Shown here piece by piece: positions 1 through 9,376 of a stretch of DNA of 64,000 bases (within the stretch, counting starts at the first letter, position 1; each line of letters begins with the position of its first letter). The stretch spans positions 1,286 through 65,285 of the forward strand of contig CAIKNA010000071.1 in assembly GCA_903828645.1 (NCBI GenBank). The letters are read 5' to 3'. Position numbers and translations under genes: made by a program. Source of the DNA: an uncultured Bacteroidales bacterium (GTDB taxonomy: Bacteria > Bacteroidota > Bacteroidia > Bacteroidales > FEN-979). The notes beneath the pieces were generated by a model, which was not told where the DNA came from, searched no databases, and worked only from the letters and a program-made list of their open reading frames with translations.

Positions 1-375
1 TTCTATGGCAGGGATTTTCTCCAGTTCATTGATGCGCCCGGCAACCTCTGCATATTCTTCAATGGTTGACCCTGAAACATTGACAATAATATGTGTATTG
101 AAATTTTTTATCCTTGGATAGATCTCCCGGCAGAAATGATCGACGCCTTTATTCTGCAAACCGACTGAATTGAGCATGCCAGAGGAAGTTTCAGCCATCC
201 GCGGGTAGGTATTGCCATCCCGGTTTTTCCCGGTCACTGCTTTTACAAAGATTCCACCCAGCCTTTCCAGGTCGATGAAGTCAAGAAATTCATCGCCATA
301 GCCAAAAGTCCCCGAAGCAGTGGTGACGGGATTTTTAAAGTGCATGCCTGCAATATGTACGGAGAGATCTGGCAT
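1..375 (-). CDS. pyrD: dihydroorotate dehydrogenase (class 1B) catalytic subunit, N-terminal part; gene runs off the left edge
   Basis: Own translation of the minus strand from the ATG (complement of 373-375) gives [30 protein letters not shown]...[12 protein letters not shown], a typical PyrD N-terminus. It lies directly downstream of pyrK. It is absent from the ORF track because it is truncated. Confidence 0.85.
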   Translation of the reverse strand, partial: MPDLSVHIAGMHFKNPVTTASGTFGYGDEFLDFIDLERLGGIFVKAVTGKNRDGNTYPRMAETSSGMLNSVGLQNKGVDHFCREIYPRIKNFNTHIIVNVSGSTIEEYAEVAGRINELEKIPAIE

Positions 376-391
376 ATCAGCGGGGAATATT

Positions 392-527
392 AAAAATGCA
401 AAATGCAAAATGCAAAATGCAAAGTGCAAAATAAAAATGCAAAATGCAAAATGCAAAATGGTAAATGATAAATCTCCGAAATCGTAAATCGTAAATCGTA
501 AATCGTAAATCGTAAATCGTAAATTTC
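392..527. repeat. tandem heptad array: (AAAATGC)n with two phase slips, then (AAATCGT)x6
   Basis: The T of TGC/TCG recurs at 397, 404, 411, 418, 425, then 438...466, then 482, 489, 496, 503, 510, 517. The array fills almost the whole pyrK-stop (529) to pyrD-start (375) spacer. Confidence 0.95.
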
Positions 528-528
528 C

Positions 529-1308
529 TCATCTCCAGGGCAGTCTTTTAATATTAAAAACCGGTCCTTCAACGCATACCCGTTCGTTTCCCTTGTCGGT
601 TGGCGTGATGCAGCATAGACACACACCAAAACCGCAGGCCATGGTGTTTTCGAGTGATACTTCACAATCAGTTTTATGCATCCGTGCGATTTTTGCAACG
701 GCTTTCATCATGGCATCCGGGCCACAGCAATAAATTTTTTTAAATTCAAGCCGTTCGCGCTGGAACACAGAATGGTCAACCACCAGCCCTTTTTCTCCTT
801 CGGTGCCGTCGTCGGTCATGACCAGTACTTTGCCGAAAGCCGAATAGGTTTCAATTTCAGAAACCTCTTCACTTGTGCGAAATCCCAAAAGGATGGTCGG
901 CCGGATGTTGTGCTGGCTGAGAAATTGAGCCATGAACAACAGGGGAGCAACACCGCATCCACCGCCAACAAGGAGAACATCTTTGGTGAAAGGCAGTGAA
1001 AAGGAATTTCCAAGGGGATAGATGAGGTTGAGATGATCGCCGGTTTGCAATTCCGAAAGGTGACGTGTTCCGGGTCCTTTGATCTGGATAAGCAGGCGAA
1101 GGGTGTTTTTTTTGTAATCGACCGAATGAATGGAAAACGGGCGGCGAAGAAATGTCGAAGGAGAATCTTCAACCCGCGCCTGGACAAACTGACCGGGCAG
1201 GATCAACGGGAATTTTTCGGGGGCCAGCAATTCAAGAACAACATGTCGCTTATTCAAACGGTTGACCTCAGTCACCCTTAAATCCTGGACAATTTTTTTC
1301 AACTCCAT
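529..1308 (-). CDS. pyrK: dihydroorotate dehydrogenase electron-transfer subunit (FAD / 2Fe-2S)
   Basis: Ferredoxin-reductase-like fold, with a C-terminal Cys cluster ACGFGVCLCC. I moved the start to MELKK (complement of 1306-1308) because the 307-aa track ORF overlaps the upstream gene. Confidence 0.85.
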   Translation of the reverse strand: MELKKIVQDLRVTEVNRLNKRHVVLELLAPEKFPLILPGQFVQARVEDSPSTFLRRPFSIHSVDYKKNTLRLLIQIKGPGTRHLSELQTGDHLNLIYPLGNSFSLPFTKDVLLVGGGCGVAPLLFMAQFLSQHNIRPTILLGFRTSEEVSEIETYSAFGKVLVMTDDGTEGEKGLVVDHSVFQRERLEFKKIYCCGPDAMMKAVAKIARMHKTDCEVSLENTMACGFGVCLCCITPTDKGNERVCVEGPVFNIKRLPWR

Positions 1309-1360
1309 GGATGTCCTGAATTTAGTCCGTTTGGTTGTCTTAAATCCGGAACTCCCTTCA

Positions 1361-1825
1361 TTATTCGGTTTCCCTCGGGCTATCTGCTGATGCTTCAGTT
1401 TCCGGAGCGGATCCGGTCTCCCCGGGTTCCTTTGCCTCTTCGGTGAAATCAAGAAGATCCTGCCGGACCAGTGAGTTGTACCAGCTTATCATCTTTTTGA
1501 TATCAGAAACATATACGCGGTCCTGGTCGAATTCCGGAACCATTTCAAGGAAAAAATTCTTCAGCGTTTTGTTGTCCGATTTGGGATCGATGGCAGATTT
1601 GCCAGCTAACTTTTCGTGAAAAGATTTGAATACTTCTTTCAGGGACAGGTCGTCGCCGGTTGTGAATACGCTAATCTCCTCGAGTGAACTCATCTTTTCA
1701 TGTGCGAAGGCCGGGAAACGCTTATTATCATTGAGTGACTCAACAATTACCGCATTTTTTGTCTGTGAAACTACTTTAAATAACCCGTTTTTTCCTGCAA
1801 TTGATAAGATCTTACTTAAATCCAT
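1361..1825 (-). CDS. conserved Bacteroidota hypothetical protein (DUF5606-like, recalled from memory only)
   Basis: Clean 154-aa ORF with an acidic C-terminal tail. A TATCTTTG box lies 17 nt upstream of the ATG. Confidence 0.6.
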   Translation of the reverse strand: MDLSKILSIAGKNGLFKVVSQTKNAVIVESLNDNKRFPAFAHEKMSSLEEISVFTTGDDLSLKEVFKSFHEKLAGKSAIDPKSDNKTLKNFFLEMVPEFDQDRVYVSDIKKMISWYNSLVRQDLLDFTEEAKEPGETGSAPETEASADSPRETE

Positions 1826-1842
1826 GGTCTGATAGTTTTTTG

Positions 1843-1850
1843 CAAAGATA
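1843..1850 (-). promoter_or_regulatory. Bacteroidota -7 box candidate TATCTTTG
   Basis: The complement of caaagata matches the TAnnTTTG consensus. Located 17 nt upstream of the ATG at 1825. Confidence 0.4.
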
Positions 1851-1870
1851 TAAAGAAATTAAGATATCTG

Positions 1871-1912
1871 TCACGCATCACGCATCATGTGTCACGTGTC
1901 ACGTATCACGAT
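1871..1912. repeat. tandem heptad array (TCACGNN)x6
   Basis: TCA recurs at 1871, 1878, 1885, 1892, 1899 and 1906. On the minus strand the unit is CGTGAYR, and the TGA stop of the 1899..2786 gene is one of these units. Confidence 0.9.
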
Positions 1913-2786
1913 TTCGCCTTACAATCCTGTAATTCCTGTATTCCCCGACCCGCCATCCTGTTTTCTTTTCGATAAAATGAAGAAAGACTGATTTTAACGA
2001 ATGTTTGTTATTTAAACGATCAGGGGTGAATTCCCAGTTACACCGTGCAATGCGTTCGCTCATAACCCGGGGGTGCGAAGCAGTAAACGGTGACAAAAAG
2101 TCTATCCCGGAATAATCGAAGGTGTCAGATTTTGGTACGCTTTTTTCGATCCACCGGTCTGAATGCCAGTATCTGTGAAATGTTTGCAGTTTGGCCTGCT
2201 GAGCCTGCGGGGGCTTTACCCATCCATAGTGATAAACAAAGGCGTCAACCTGCGCGACCAGCAACTTCTTTCCATTCTTTCTGAAACCCTGGGCGTCGAG
2301 AAAGGAACGGATTTGCCTGTCGTTGCGGATCACTCTTACTTCCCGCCGGTACCATTTGCGGGAGTCGCCCACGTACTGGTAAGAACCCCAGAAATGGCTG
2401 TAACTGAAAAGCAGTCCTTCTACCTTCGGGTATGATGCCCATTTTTCCATGGCAGCCCTGATTTCAGGCAGGTATTTCTCATGAATCACCTCATCGGCCT
2501 GGATGTAAAAAGCCCAGGTGCTGTCGGGTGAAATGGCATCAAAGGCTTTGTTGGTCTCCAGCGCAAGTACTTTTCCGCCTTCACGCAGTGAATCGTCCCA
2601 CGTGGTATCGATGATCCTGATTTTAGGGTCTCCGATGGAGAGGACCAGGTTCCTCGTATCATCATCAGATTTGCCGATGGCCACAACAAATTCGTCGCAA
2701 AGAGGCAATATCGAACGGATCGATTCCACCACGGGATAGTCGTATTTGATGGCATTGCGCACAATGGTAAACCCGGAGACTTTCAT
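1899..2786 (-). CDS. glycosyltransferase (GT2-like)
   Basis: MKVSGFTIVRNAIKYDYPVVESI...DEFVVAIGKSDDDT resembles GT2-type enzymes. The start at MKVSG is preferred over the track start at 2822. Confidence 0.6.
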   Translation of the reverse strand: MKVSGFTIVRNAIKYDYPVVESIRSILPLCDEFVVAIGKSDDDTRNLVLSIGDPKIRIIDTTWDDSLREGGKVLALETNKAFDAISPDSTWAFYIQADEVIHEKYLPEIRAAMEKWASYPKVEGLLFSYSHFWGSYQYVGDSRKWYRREVRVIRNDRQIRSFLDAQGFRKNGKKLLVAQVDAFVYHYGWVKPPQAQQAKLQTFHRYWHSDRWIEKSVPKSDTFDYSGIDFLSPFTASHPRVMSERIARCNWEFTPDRLNNKHSLKSVFLHFIEKKTGWRVGEYRNYRIVRRNRDT

Positions 2787-2845
2787 TGGTGTTTGGAATC
2801 GGAACGCAATATTAAGAAACATTCTTCCATCAAAAAATACTAATT

Positions 2846-3469
2846 TTGAATTTTAAAACATATGTGATAAACAGCCTTGTCAAATATATTTTCGACCGTT
2901 TGGTGGCAATGGCATCCCTGGTAATGCTTCTGCCGGTGTTTGCCCTGATTGCAATGGGGATTAAGTCATCCTCTCCGGGACCCCTGTTTTTCAGACAAAA
3001 GCGGGTGGGTAAGGACGGGAAAATCTTTGTCATTATTAAATTCCGTACCATGATTGCCAATGATGGCAGCAATACGGTTACGGTAGTCAACGACCGCAGG
3101 ATCACCCCGTTCGGGGCATTTCTCCGCAAATGGAAATTGGATGAACTTCCCGAACTTATCAACATCCTGGCGGGGGAAATGAGTTTTGTGGGGCCCAGGC
3201 CGGATGTTCCGGGATATGCCGACCAGCTTCGGGGCGACGACCGGAAAATCCTGGCGCTGCGCCCCGGCATCACGGGACCGGCATCACTGAAGTATTACAA
3301 TGAGGAAGAGATCCTCGCAGGAGTTGAAAATCCGAAGGATTACAACGACAAGGTAATTTTCCCGGACAAGGTGAGAATAAACCTGAAATACCTCGAAAGG
3401 TATTCTTTGCTTGAGGATATGAAAATAATTTTCTACACAATCATAAGAAAAAAGGACGATGAATACTAA
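2846..3469 (+). CDS. undecaprenyl-phosphate sugar phosphotransferase (small PglC/WbaP-C-type bacterial sugar transferase)
   Basis: One N-terminal TM helix, then SPGPLFFRQKRVGKDGKIFVIIKFRTM and RPGITGP motifs. No in-frame ATG precedes the conserved N-terminus, so the start is TTG 2846 or GTG 2864. Confidence 0.8.
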   Translation: MNFKTYVINSLVKYIFDRLVAMASLVMLLPVFALIAMGIKSSSPGPLFFRQKRVGKDGKIFVIIKFRTMIANDGSNTVTVVNDRRITPFGAFLRKWKLDELPELINILAGEMSFVGPRPDVPGYADQLRGDDRKILALRPGITGPASLKYYNEEEILAGVENPKDYNDKVIFPDKVRINLKYLERYSLLEDMKIIFYTIIRKKDDEY

Positions 3470-4589
3470 GATATGGTTATCGCCGCCCCATATGAGCGGG
3501 CTGGAGGAAAAATATGTCAGGGAGGCTTTCGAGTCAAACTGGATTGCCCCGCTCGGGCCAAATGTAGATGGATTTGAGCGGGAATTGTCACGATACCTGG
3601 ATGGCCGTCACATTGCCGTGCTTGGTTCGGGAACTGCTGCGATCCACCTGGCGTTAATTCTTTTGGGCGTAACCCGGGGAGATGAGGTCATTTCATCCGA
3701 TTTTACATTTACCGCCACGGTCAACCCGATCGTTTATCAGGGAGCAACACCGGTATTTGTTGACAGTGAGATGCAAACCTGGAATATAGACCCGGAACTT
3801 CTTGAAACGGCGATCGTCGACCGGATGAAAAACCATAAAAAGCCAAAGGCGATCATTTTTGCCGATATCTATGGAATGCCTGCCAGGATGGAAGCGCTCC
3901 TTGCAATCTCGCTCAAATATGATATCCCGCTCATCGAAGATGCTGCGGAAGCCCTGGGCAGCAGGTATAAAGAACAGCATTGCGGGACTTTTGGTGAAAT
4001 GGGGATCCTGTCGTTCAATGGCAATAAGATCATCACGACCTCCGGGGGAGGAGCCCTGGTTGCCACGAAGGAAAATTTTACAACAAAAGCGAAGTTCTTA
4101 GCCTCACAGGCCAAAGAGAATACCCTGCATTTTGAGCATCACGAAATAGGATACAATTACAGGATGAGCAATGTCCTTGCAGGGATCGGCCGCGGGCAAC
4201 TGGAGGTCATTGAAGAGCGTGTGGCCGCGCACCGCCACAACTATCGCCTCTACCGCGAATTGTTGTCGGATATCCGGGGTTTGATTTTTCAATCAGAACC
4301 GGATGATCACTATTTTTCAAACTTCTGGCTTACTTCAATGATTGTAAATGAGGAGGAAGCACATTTTACCTCCCAGTCGATCATCGGGATACTGGGAGAA
4401 GACAACATCGATTCCAGGCCGCTGATGAAACCTATGCACATGCAGGAGGTGTTCAAAGATCATCCTGCTTACCTGAACGGCAATTCGGAATTTCTCTATC
4501 AAAACGGATTGTGCCTGCCTTCGGGATCAAACCTGCGGGAGGAGGATATCGCCAGGATCGTGGAAGGGATCAGGAAGGTGAGCAAATAG
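3459..4589 (+). CDS. DegT/DnrJ/EryC1/StrS-family sugar aminotransferase (PglE-like)
   Basis: Family-typical N-terminus IWLSPPHMSG.E and a PLP-lysine region SFNGNKIITTSGGGAL. It overlaps the upstream transferase by 11 nt. Confidence 0.85.
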   Translation: MNTKIWLSPPHMSGLEEKYVREAFESNWIAPLGPNVDGFERELSRYLDGRHIAVLGSGTAAIHLALILLGVTRGDEVISSDFTFTATVNPIVYQGATPVFVDSEMQTWNIDPELLETAIVDRMKNHKKPKAIIFADIYGMPARMEALLAISLKYDIPLIEDAAEALGSRYKEQHCGTFGEMGILSFNGNKIITTSGGGALVATKENFTTKAKFLASQAKENTLHFEHHEIGYNYRMSNVLAGIGRGQLEVIEERVAAHRHNYRLYRELLSDIRGLIFQSEPDDHYFSNFWLTSMIVNEEEAHFTSQSIIGILGEDNIDSRPLMKPMHMQEVFKDHPAYLNGNSEFLYQNGLCLPSGSNLREEDIARIVEGIRKVSK

Positions 4590-4630
4590 AAATATTACAC
4601 GGCGGACTTGGTTCCAATTTTCCGGACGAG

Positions 4631-5659
4631 TCACCGGGTGGTCGTAATTCCACTTTTTTGTTTTTTGAAAAGGAGAAACCGAAATATGCCCACAAGGTAT
4701 CCCCATCCGTAAGAAAGGTGTAGAAAAAAGAAGATCCATGGCAGGTAGAGGAAGAGTTTAACTCGTTTTTCCTGCCTTACGATCCTGGCCGAGAAAATCA
4801 AATCCCCCAGAATGTAAAGTGCCGACCCGGTAAAAAGTAGCCAGCGCGAAAATGCAAAAAAGAAAGAACCTGCTCCCGAAAAGACCAAAAAGAGCAGGAA
4901 AACCAGGGGTACAAGATGGCGGCTCACTACAGGGCGCCCTACCTTCAGTGAAACCAGCGGATTATACAACCCATACTGGTAGTGCATCCTGAACAGTTGT
5001 TTAGTCGAACTCCTCGTAAAATAATTGATCGTCACAAAAGGGATCAGGTATATGGAACCGCCACTGTTAATAAGCCTCACATTGAATTCATAATCCTGGT
5101 TTCGCAACAACTCTTCATCGAAAAATCCTATTTTATCAAATACCGATCTTTTATAGCATCCGAACGGAACCGTGTCCACCTTGCATATCTCCCTGACACC
5201 TGTTCTGTATTTTGCATTGCCTATGCCGAAAGGCGAAGAAAGCACATTGGAGATGGCCAGTGACCGGATTGAGTCGTCTGCGGGCATCGTTTGTAAAAAA
5301 GCGCCAACATTATCGGCATTGAGTTCTGTAAGGTATTTTACAAGCACCGGAACATAATTCGCAGGATAAAATGTGTGCGCCCCGAGGATCATGATCACCT
5401 CCCCGCGTGACAACCTTATGCCGCTGTTCAGGGCGAAGGGGACATATCGCTCCCTGTTGTGTACAATGCGGATGAAAGATTTTTGTTCAGAATACTGCCG
5501 GATGATTTCAAGTGTTCTGTCGGTACTTCCTCCATCCATGACAAGCACCTCCATGAGATCATGGGGGTAATCCTGGGATATGAGGTTTTCAAGGAGCGTT
5601 CCGATGAACTTTTCTTCATTGAAACATGGAATGATGAGTGATACAAAAGGTTGTGCCAT
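4631..5659 (-). CDS. glycosyltransferase family 2 with C-terminal membrane segments
   Basis: VSLIIPCFNEE and VMDGGSTDRT motifs, with a hydrophobic C-terminal third. Confidence 0.8.
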   Translation of the reverse strand: MAQPFVSLIIPCFNEEKFIGTLLENLISQDYPHDLMEVLVMDGGSTDRTLEIIRQYSEQKSFIRIVHNRERYVPFALNSGIRLSRGEVIMILGAHTFYPANYVPVLVKYLTELNADNVGAFLQTMPADDSIRSLAISNVLSSPFGIGNAKYRTGVREICKVDTVPFGCYKRSVFDKIGFFDEELLRNQDYEFNVRLINSGGSIYLIPFVTINYFTRSSTKQLFRMHYQYGLYNPLVSLKVGRPVVSRHLVPLVFLLFLVFSGAGSFFFAFSRWLLFTGSALYILGDLIFSARIVRQEKRVKLFLYLPWIFFFLHLSYGWGYLVGIFRFLLFKKQKSGITTTR

Positions 5660-5783
5660 GCTTAAATATGCAGGATGGAAATTTTTCAGTAAAATTAGAA
5701 TTAAATTTTAATTTCAGCCCGGGTATGCAGCTTCGCGGCGTTCCCGGCAGAATCTTTTATTGACATTTTTCACCGGATTTTCA

Positions 5784-5791
5784 TATTTTTG
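5784..5791 (+). promoter_or_regulatory. -7 box candidate TATTTTTG
   Basis: Matches TAnnTTTG and lies ~60 nt upstream of the ATG at 5853. Confidence 0.35.
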
Positions 5792-5852
5792 GCTCTTATT
5801 TGCTTCCACAGGTTGTGTGTGTCAAATTTCAGGCACAATCGTTCAGTATGAC

Positions 5853-6866
5853 ATGTTTGAGTACCTTGTTGGTCAGCATTCGGATAATTTTATGGTAACG
5901 GAAAGTGGATTGCACCAGGATCGATTGAACCATCCTATCAATATTTCCATTGTGGTTCCATTTTACAGGGGGGAGGAATTTCTTCCCCGTTTGGCGGAAT
6001 CCATTATGGCAAGCTATTTAGCTTCACCGGGTAATCTTTCCTTCGAATTGATCGTGGTGGTTGACTCCATCGAATCGGATACAGTTTACCTTTCTTCAAT
6101 GCTGCACCAGATCACAGGTAACAATGACAATGTTTTCTTGCTGATTATAAAAAACGATTTAAACCTTGGTGTGGCCTGGTCAAGAATGATCGGGAATTCC
6201 TTATCAACCGGAACCTTCACTACTTTCATTGACCAGGATGATTATGTCGGGTTACCTTACTTCTCTGTTTTAGAGCGGCATCTTTCCGGTGATTTCGATT
6301 TTTTCCTTCTGAACGGCTATATCGAGTTTGAGAAACAAAAACTACACAGGCCGGTTTTCTATTATCACCCCAGGCTTACCTTCGGAAAAATTGCCAGGGT
6401 AAACTACCTGATCACACCGGGCCTGCTGATCTTCAACAGGAAAAGAATCAGCGCCGAATTCAGGCAACTCTCGGCCAAACATCCGGGGAGCGACGATTGG
6501 GCGTGTTATCTCCAGTTGCTTACGAACCCTTCACTGAAGTATAAATATCTGAAGGAAAGGCTCGTTCATTATGTGGTGCATGATACGAATTATCACCAGG
6601 ACAAATCCAATTTTATCATTTCGCAGATCAGGACAATCCAGTATTTTCGCCGGTTGTGTCCAGGGAACTTTGCGGTTAAAATAAAACTGTCTTCACTGCA
6701 ATTCAGGTTGAAGCGACATCTCTCGATGATAAAGTTATCTGCACTAACCTTGAGCGATATCTCAGGGTTCCTCTCGTTTATTTTCATTGAGTTGTTTATC
6801 TTACCTAACCTGATCTGGCTGATCTGGAGCAGGCGGCTTGCAATGCATAACAGTCGTATGGTCTAA
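5853..6866 (+). CDS. glycosyltransferase family 2 (start uncertain)
   Basis: ISIVVPFYRGEEFL and FIDQDDY motifs. The track ORF starts at TTG 5760, but a TATTTTTG box at 5784-5791 lies inside that extension, so the first ATG (5853) or 5892 is more likely. Confidence 0.6.
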   Translation: MFEYLVGQHSDNFMVTESGLHQDRLNHPINISIVVPFYRGEEFLPRLAESIMASYLASPGNLSFELIVVVDSIESDTVYLSSMLHQITGNNDNVFLLIIKNDLNLGVAWSRMIGNSLSTGTFTTFIDQDDYVGLPYFSVLERHLSGDFDFFLLNGYIEFEKQKLHRPVFYYHPRLTFGKIARVNYLITPGLLIFNRKRISAEFRQLSAKHPGSDDWACYLQLLTNPSLKYKYLKERLVHYVVHDTNYHQDKSNFIISQIRTIQYFRRLCPGNFAVKIKLSSLQFRLKRHLSMIKLSALTLSDISGFLSFIFIELFILPNLIWLIWSRRLAMHNSRMV

Positions 6867-6884
6867 GCAAATACAGGAGATTCT

Positions 6885-8039
6885 ATGCAAAAACGCGTGA
6901 CCCATCTGACCCGGGCATTTCTACCTCCCACTACATCTTTTATCAGCAACCAGATTATTCATCATGAAAGATATTGGCCTTCAGTGGTATATACGGATAA
7001 AATTGAAAGTGATCTCTATCGGAAAATCGCGTCACTATATCCTGTTTACCAGGCTCCTCATGGGATAGCCGGCAACTTCCTGTGCAGCCGGTTTTTAATG
7101 TTCACCCGTTCAGATGAACGGAAACTGATGCACTGGATTGAAGAAAAAGCTCCTGATGTAATGCACATTCACTTTGGCGTTGAGGCGATCCTCTTTTCAA
7201 ATGTGGTCAGGAAATTGAACATTCCGGCACTGGTATCATTTTACGGACATGATAGCACTTCATTCCCGGCCAAATTCCATGGTTTGGGGCTGACCATGCT
7301 TAATCGCAAGGTGTTTTTTAATCCGGCGATCAGGCTGATACTTGCCATGTCCCCGGATATGCAGGCTGGCCTTGTTGCACTGGGTTGTCCTGCGGAAAAA
7401 ATCAGGGTGCATTATTTCGGTGTCAACACACTCCAGTTTTCGATGGATCGGGATTATGGTGAAAACAGTATCGTCAGATTTTTAATAATCAGTCACCTGG
7501 AAGAGAAAAAGGGTCACCACTACCTGATCGATGCATTCAATAAAGCAACAGCCCTTACAAACAGAAAAATTCAATTAAACATGGCAGGGGACGGGAGGCT
7601 GAAAGAGGAAATCACTCAACACATTGCGAAAAGTGGTGCAACCAACATCTTCCTGCAGGGCGTTGTCGGGTACGGATCACCCGAACATCTTGATCTGTTT
7701 AAAAATGCAGATGTTTTTGTACATCCCAGCATTACCTCGCAAAACGGAAATAAGGAAGGAATCCCGGGAACGATCATTGAAGCGATGTCGGCGGGACTGC
7801 CTGTCATTTCAACTTTCCATGCCGGCATTCCTTATGTGATCGCCAATGAAATCAACGGGTTGCTTGTCAACGAAAGGGATGTGGACCAACTCTCCGCTGC
7901 CATTGTACGCCTTGCAGAGAATGCCGGTTTGCGTCAGCAACTGGGAAATGCCGCAAGAATTTCTGCTCAAACCGAGCTGGACGTTCACAAAAAGCAGCAG
8001 GAACTCGAAATGATCTATGATGAACTTTCAGGCCAATAA
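6885..8039 (+). CDS. glycosyltransferase family 4 (GT-B)
   Basis: C-terminal EX7E-type motif NKEGIPGTIIEAMSAGLPVIST. Confidence 0.8.
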   Translation: MQKRVTHLTRAFLPPTTSFISNQIIHHERYWPSVVYTDKIESDLYRKIASLYPVYQAPHGIAGNFLCSRFLMFTRSDERKLMHWIEEKAPDVMHIHFGVEAILFSNVVRKLNIPALVSFYGHDSTSFPAKFHGLGLTMLNRKVFFNPAIRLILAMSPDMQAGLVALGCPAEKIRVHYFGVNTLQFSMDRDYGENSIVRFLIISHLEEKKGHHYLIDAFNKATALTNRKIQLNMAGDGRLKEEITQHIAKSGATNIFLQGVVGYGSPEHLDLFKNADVFVHPSITSQNGNKEGIPGTIIEAMSAGLPVISTFHAGIPYVIANEINGLLVNERDVDQLSAAIVRLAENAGLRQQLGNAARISAQTELDVHKKQQELEMIYDELSGQ

Positions 8040-8059
8040 ACCCGGTTAAAACCGGGTTT
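8038..8059. terminator. hairpin between convergent genes (possible bidirectional terminator)
   Basis: AAACCCGG-ttaaaa-CCGGGTTT, an 8-bp stem. It overlaps the TAA of the GT4 gene. The only T-run is the four T residues (8057-8060) that begin inside the stem. Confidence 0.5.
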
Positions 8060-8079
8060 TGCTGACAGGAATGACCTGG

Positions 8080-9351
8080 TCATTTTACTGGTTTTACTGA
8101 ATTAACGATCCAAAGTATTACACCGGTTGAATAGAGGCTGAGCGTTCCGGATAAAAGGATCAATGTGGTGGTTGCGTTTTTAAAAAAAAGACCACCCAGG
8201 CATAACTGGATGACCATCAGCATGGCACCTGCCAGGGAAATATAAAACATCATACGGGTCTTCCCGATGATGATCGGGGTATAAGAGATGGTTGCACGGA
8301 TAAAATCAAAAAACAACCAGGGGGCCAGGATTCTTGCAAAAACCCCCGCTTCATGCCAGGCCGAACCAAACACCACTCCGATTAACCACGGACCGATGGT
8401 CAGCATGAGGATCAATGGAATGAAAGCCACGATTGCAGCCATTTTGATCGTTTTCCTGATCAATCCTGCAAGGTTTCCATCGTTCAGGTAATGTTCCGAT
8501 GCATCCTTGTAAAAAACCTGGGCAAAAGAAGTCCCGATCAGCGTAAGCGGAGCCTGAAGGAGTCGCTGGGAAAGAGAATACCACCCCACGATTTCAACAG
8601 GAAAGAAAGCCTTTAACAGGAAAATAATCCCATAAATCTGGACCAGTTCGACCAGGATTTGAGGGGTATTGGCCAAGGGAAGATCCTTGTACTTCCTGGC
8701 AAGGGATTTTTGCGAGGTGGAATCGAAGAAACGCAGGCTTCCCCTGTATCTCATGAGAATCCCGGTTATAAAAAAGAGGTTGAAAACAAGCAGTCCCAGG
8801 AAATTTCCAAGCAATAATCCCCACACCCCGATGCCAATAAATCCCAGGTACAGGGTAAGCATGTTGTTGCCTGCTGCGTTTATCACTTTTGCCATTGCGA
8901 GGGTCCGGTATTCCTTTTGCCTGTTATACCATTGCTGGAAAACGTTCCCCGCTGCCACCATGAAAATCATCACCGGGAGTAAGTACATCCATTGCCTGTA
9001 AACCGGGTTGACAACCATTTTGGGCAGAAAAATAAAATCGGAAAGAAAGACCAGGATAGTGAGAAAAAGGGACAAGGCAAAAGCGATCAGCAGGGAAACA
9101 AAAGCGACATTCACCGAATCTTTTTCTTCTTTTGCGGGAACAACCGCCATTTCATAGCGTAAAGTGGCCATGAGTCCAAGCCCTCCGACAATGGAAATAA
9201 AGAAAGTGAAAATACCAACATCCGAAGGCGTATATAACCTGGTAATCAATGGCGTAACAAGAAATGAGATCGCCTGCGCGACAGCTGTTCCTGCGACCAG
9301 TTTTGCTGAATTTTTTATAAAATCGGATCTCCCGAAAAAGACTTTACGCAT
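8080..9351 (-). CDS. oligosaccharide flippase (Wzx / MOP superfamily)
   Basis: 423 aa and polytopic, with roughly 12 hydrophobic segments. The N-terminus KNSAKLVAGTAVAQAISFLVTPLITRLYTP is typical of polysaccharide-biosynthesis flippases. Confidence 0.75.
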   Translation of the reverse strand: MRKVFFGRSDFIKNSAKLVAGTAVAQAISFLVTPLITRLYTPSDVGIFTFFISIVGGLGLMATLRYEMAVVPAKEEKDSVNVAFVSLLIAFALSLFLTILVFLSDFIFLPKMVVNPVYRQWMYLLPVMIFMVAAGNVFQQWYNRQKEYRTLAMAKVINAAGNNMLTLYLGFIGIGVWGLLLGNFLGLLVFNLFFITGILMRYRGSLRFFDSTSQKSLARKYKDLPLANTPQILVELVQIYGIIFLLKAFFPVEIVGWYSLSQRLLQAPLTLIGTSFAQVFYKDASEHYLNDGNLAGLIRKTIKMAAIVAFIPLILMLTIGPWLIGVVFGSAWHEAGVFARILAPWLFFDFIRATISYTPIIIGKTRMMFYISLAGAMLMVIQLCLGGLFFKNATTTLILLSGTLSLYSTGVILWIVNSVKPVK

Positions 9352-9376
9352 TTGACCGATACTGCTTTTTTTGATA

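Noticed and set aside
390-698. Track ORFs that read through the repeat arrays: 390-698 (minus, ...[11 protein letters not shown]...) and 40294-40500 (minus, ...KVQSQSAKSKCK...).
   Set aside because: The peptide periodicity is simply the translated tandem repeat. Both ORFs overlap real genes (pyrK, thyA) or fill spacers between them.
1309-1452. 5'-extended versions of many track ORFs: pyrK to 1452, gcvP to 24939, folA from 41165, hydrolase to 16924, Nif3 from 54094, 51943, 51077, 60510.
   Set aside because: The extensions overlap neighbouring genes or promoter boxes and lack family-typical sequence. Internal Met codons give canonical N-termini or signal peptides.
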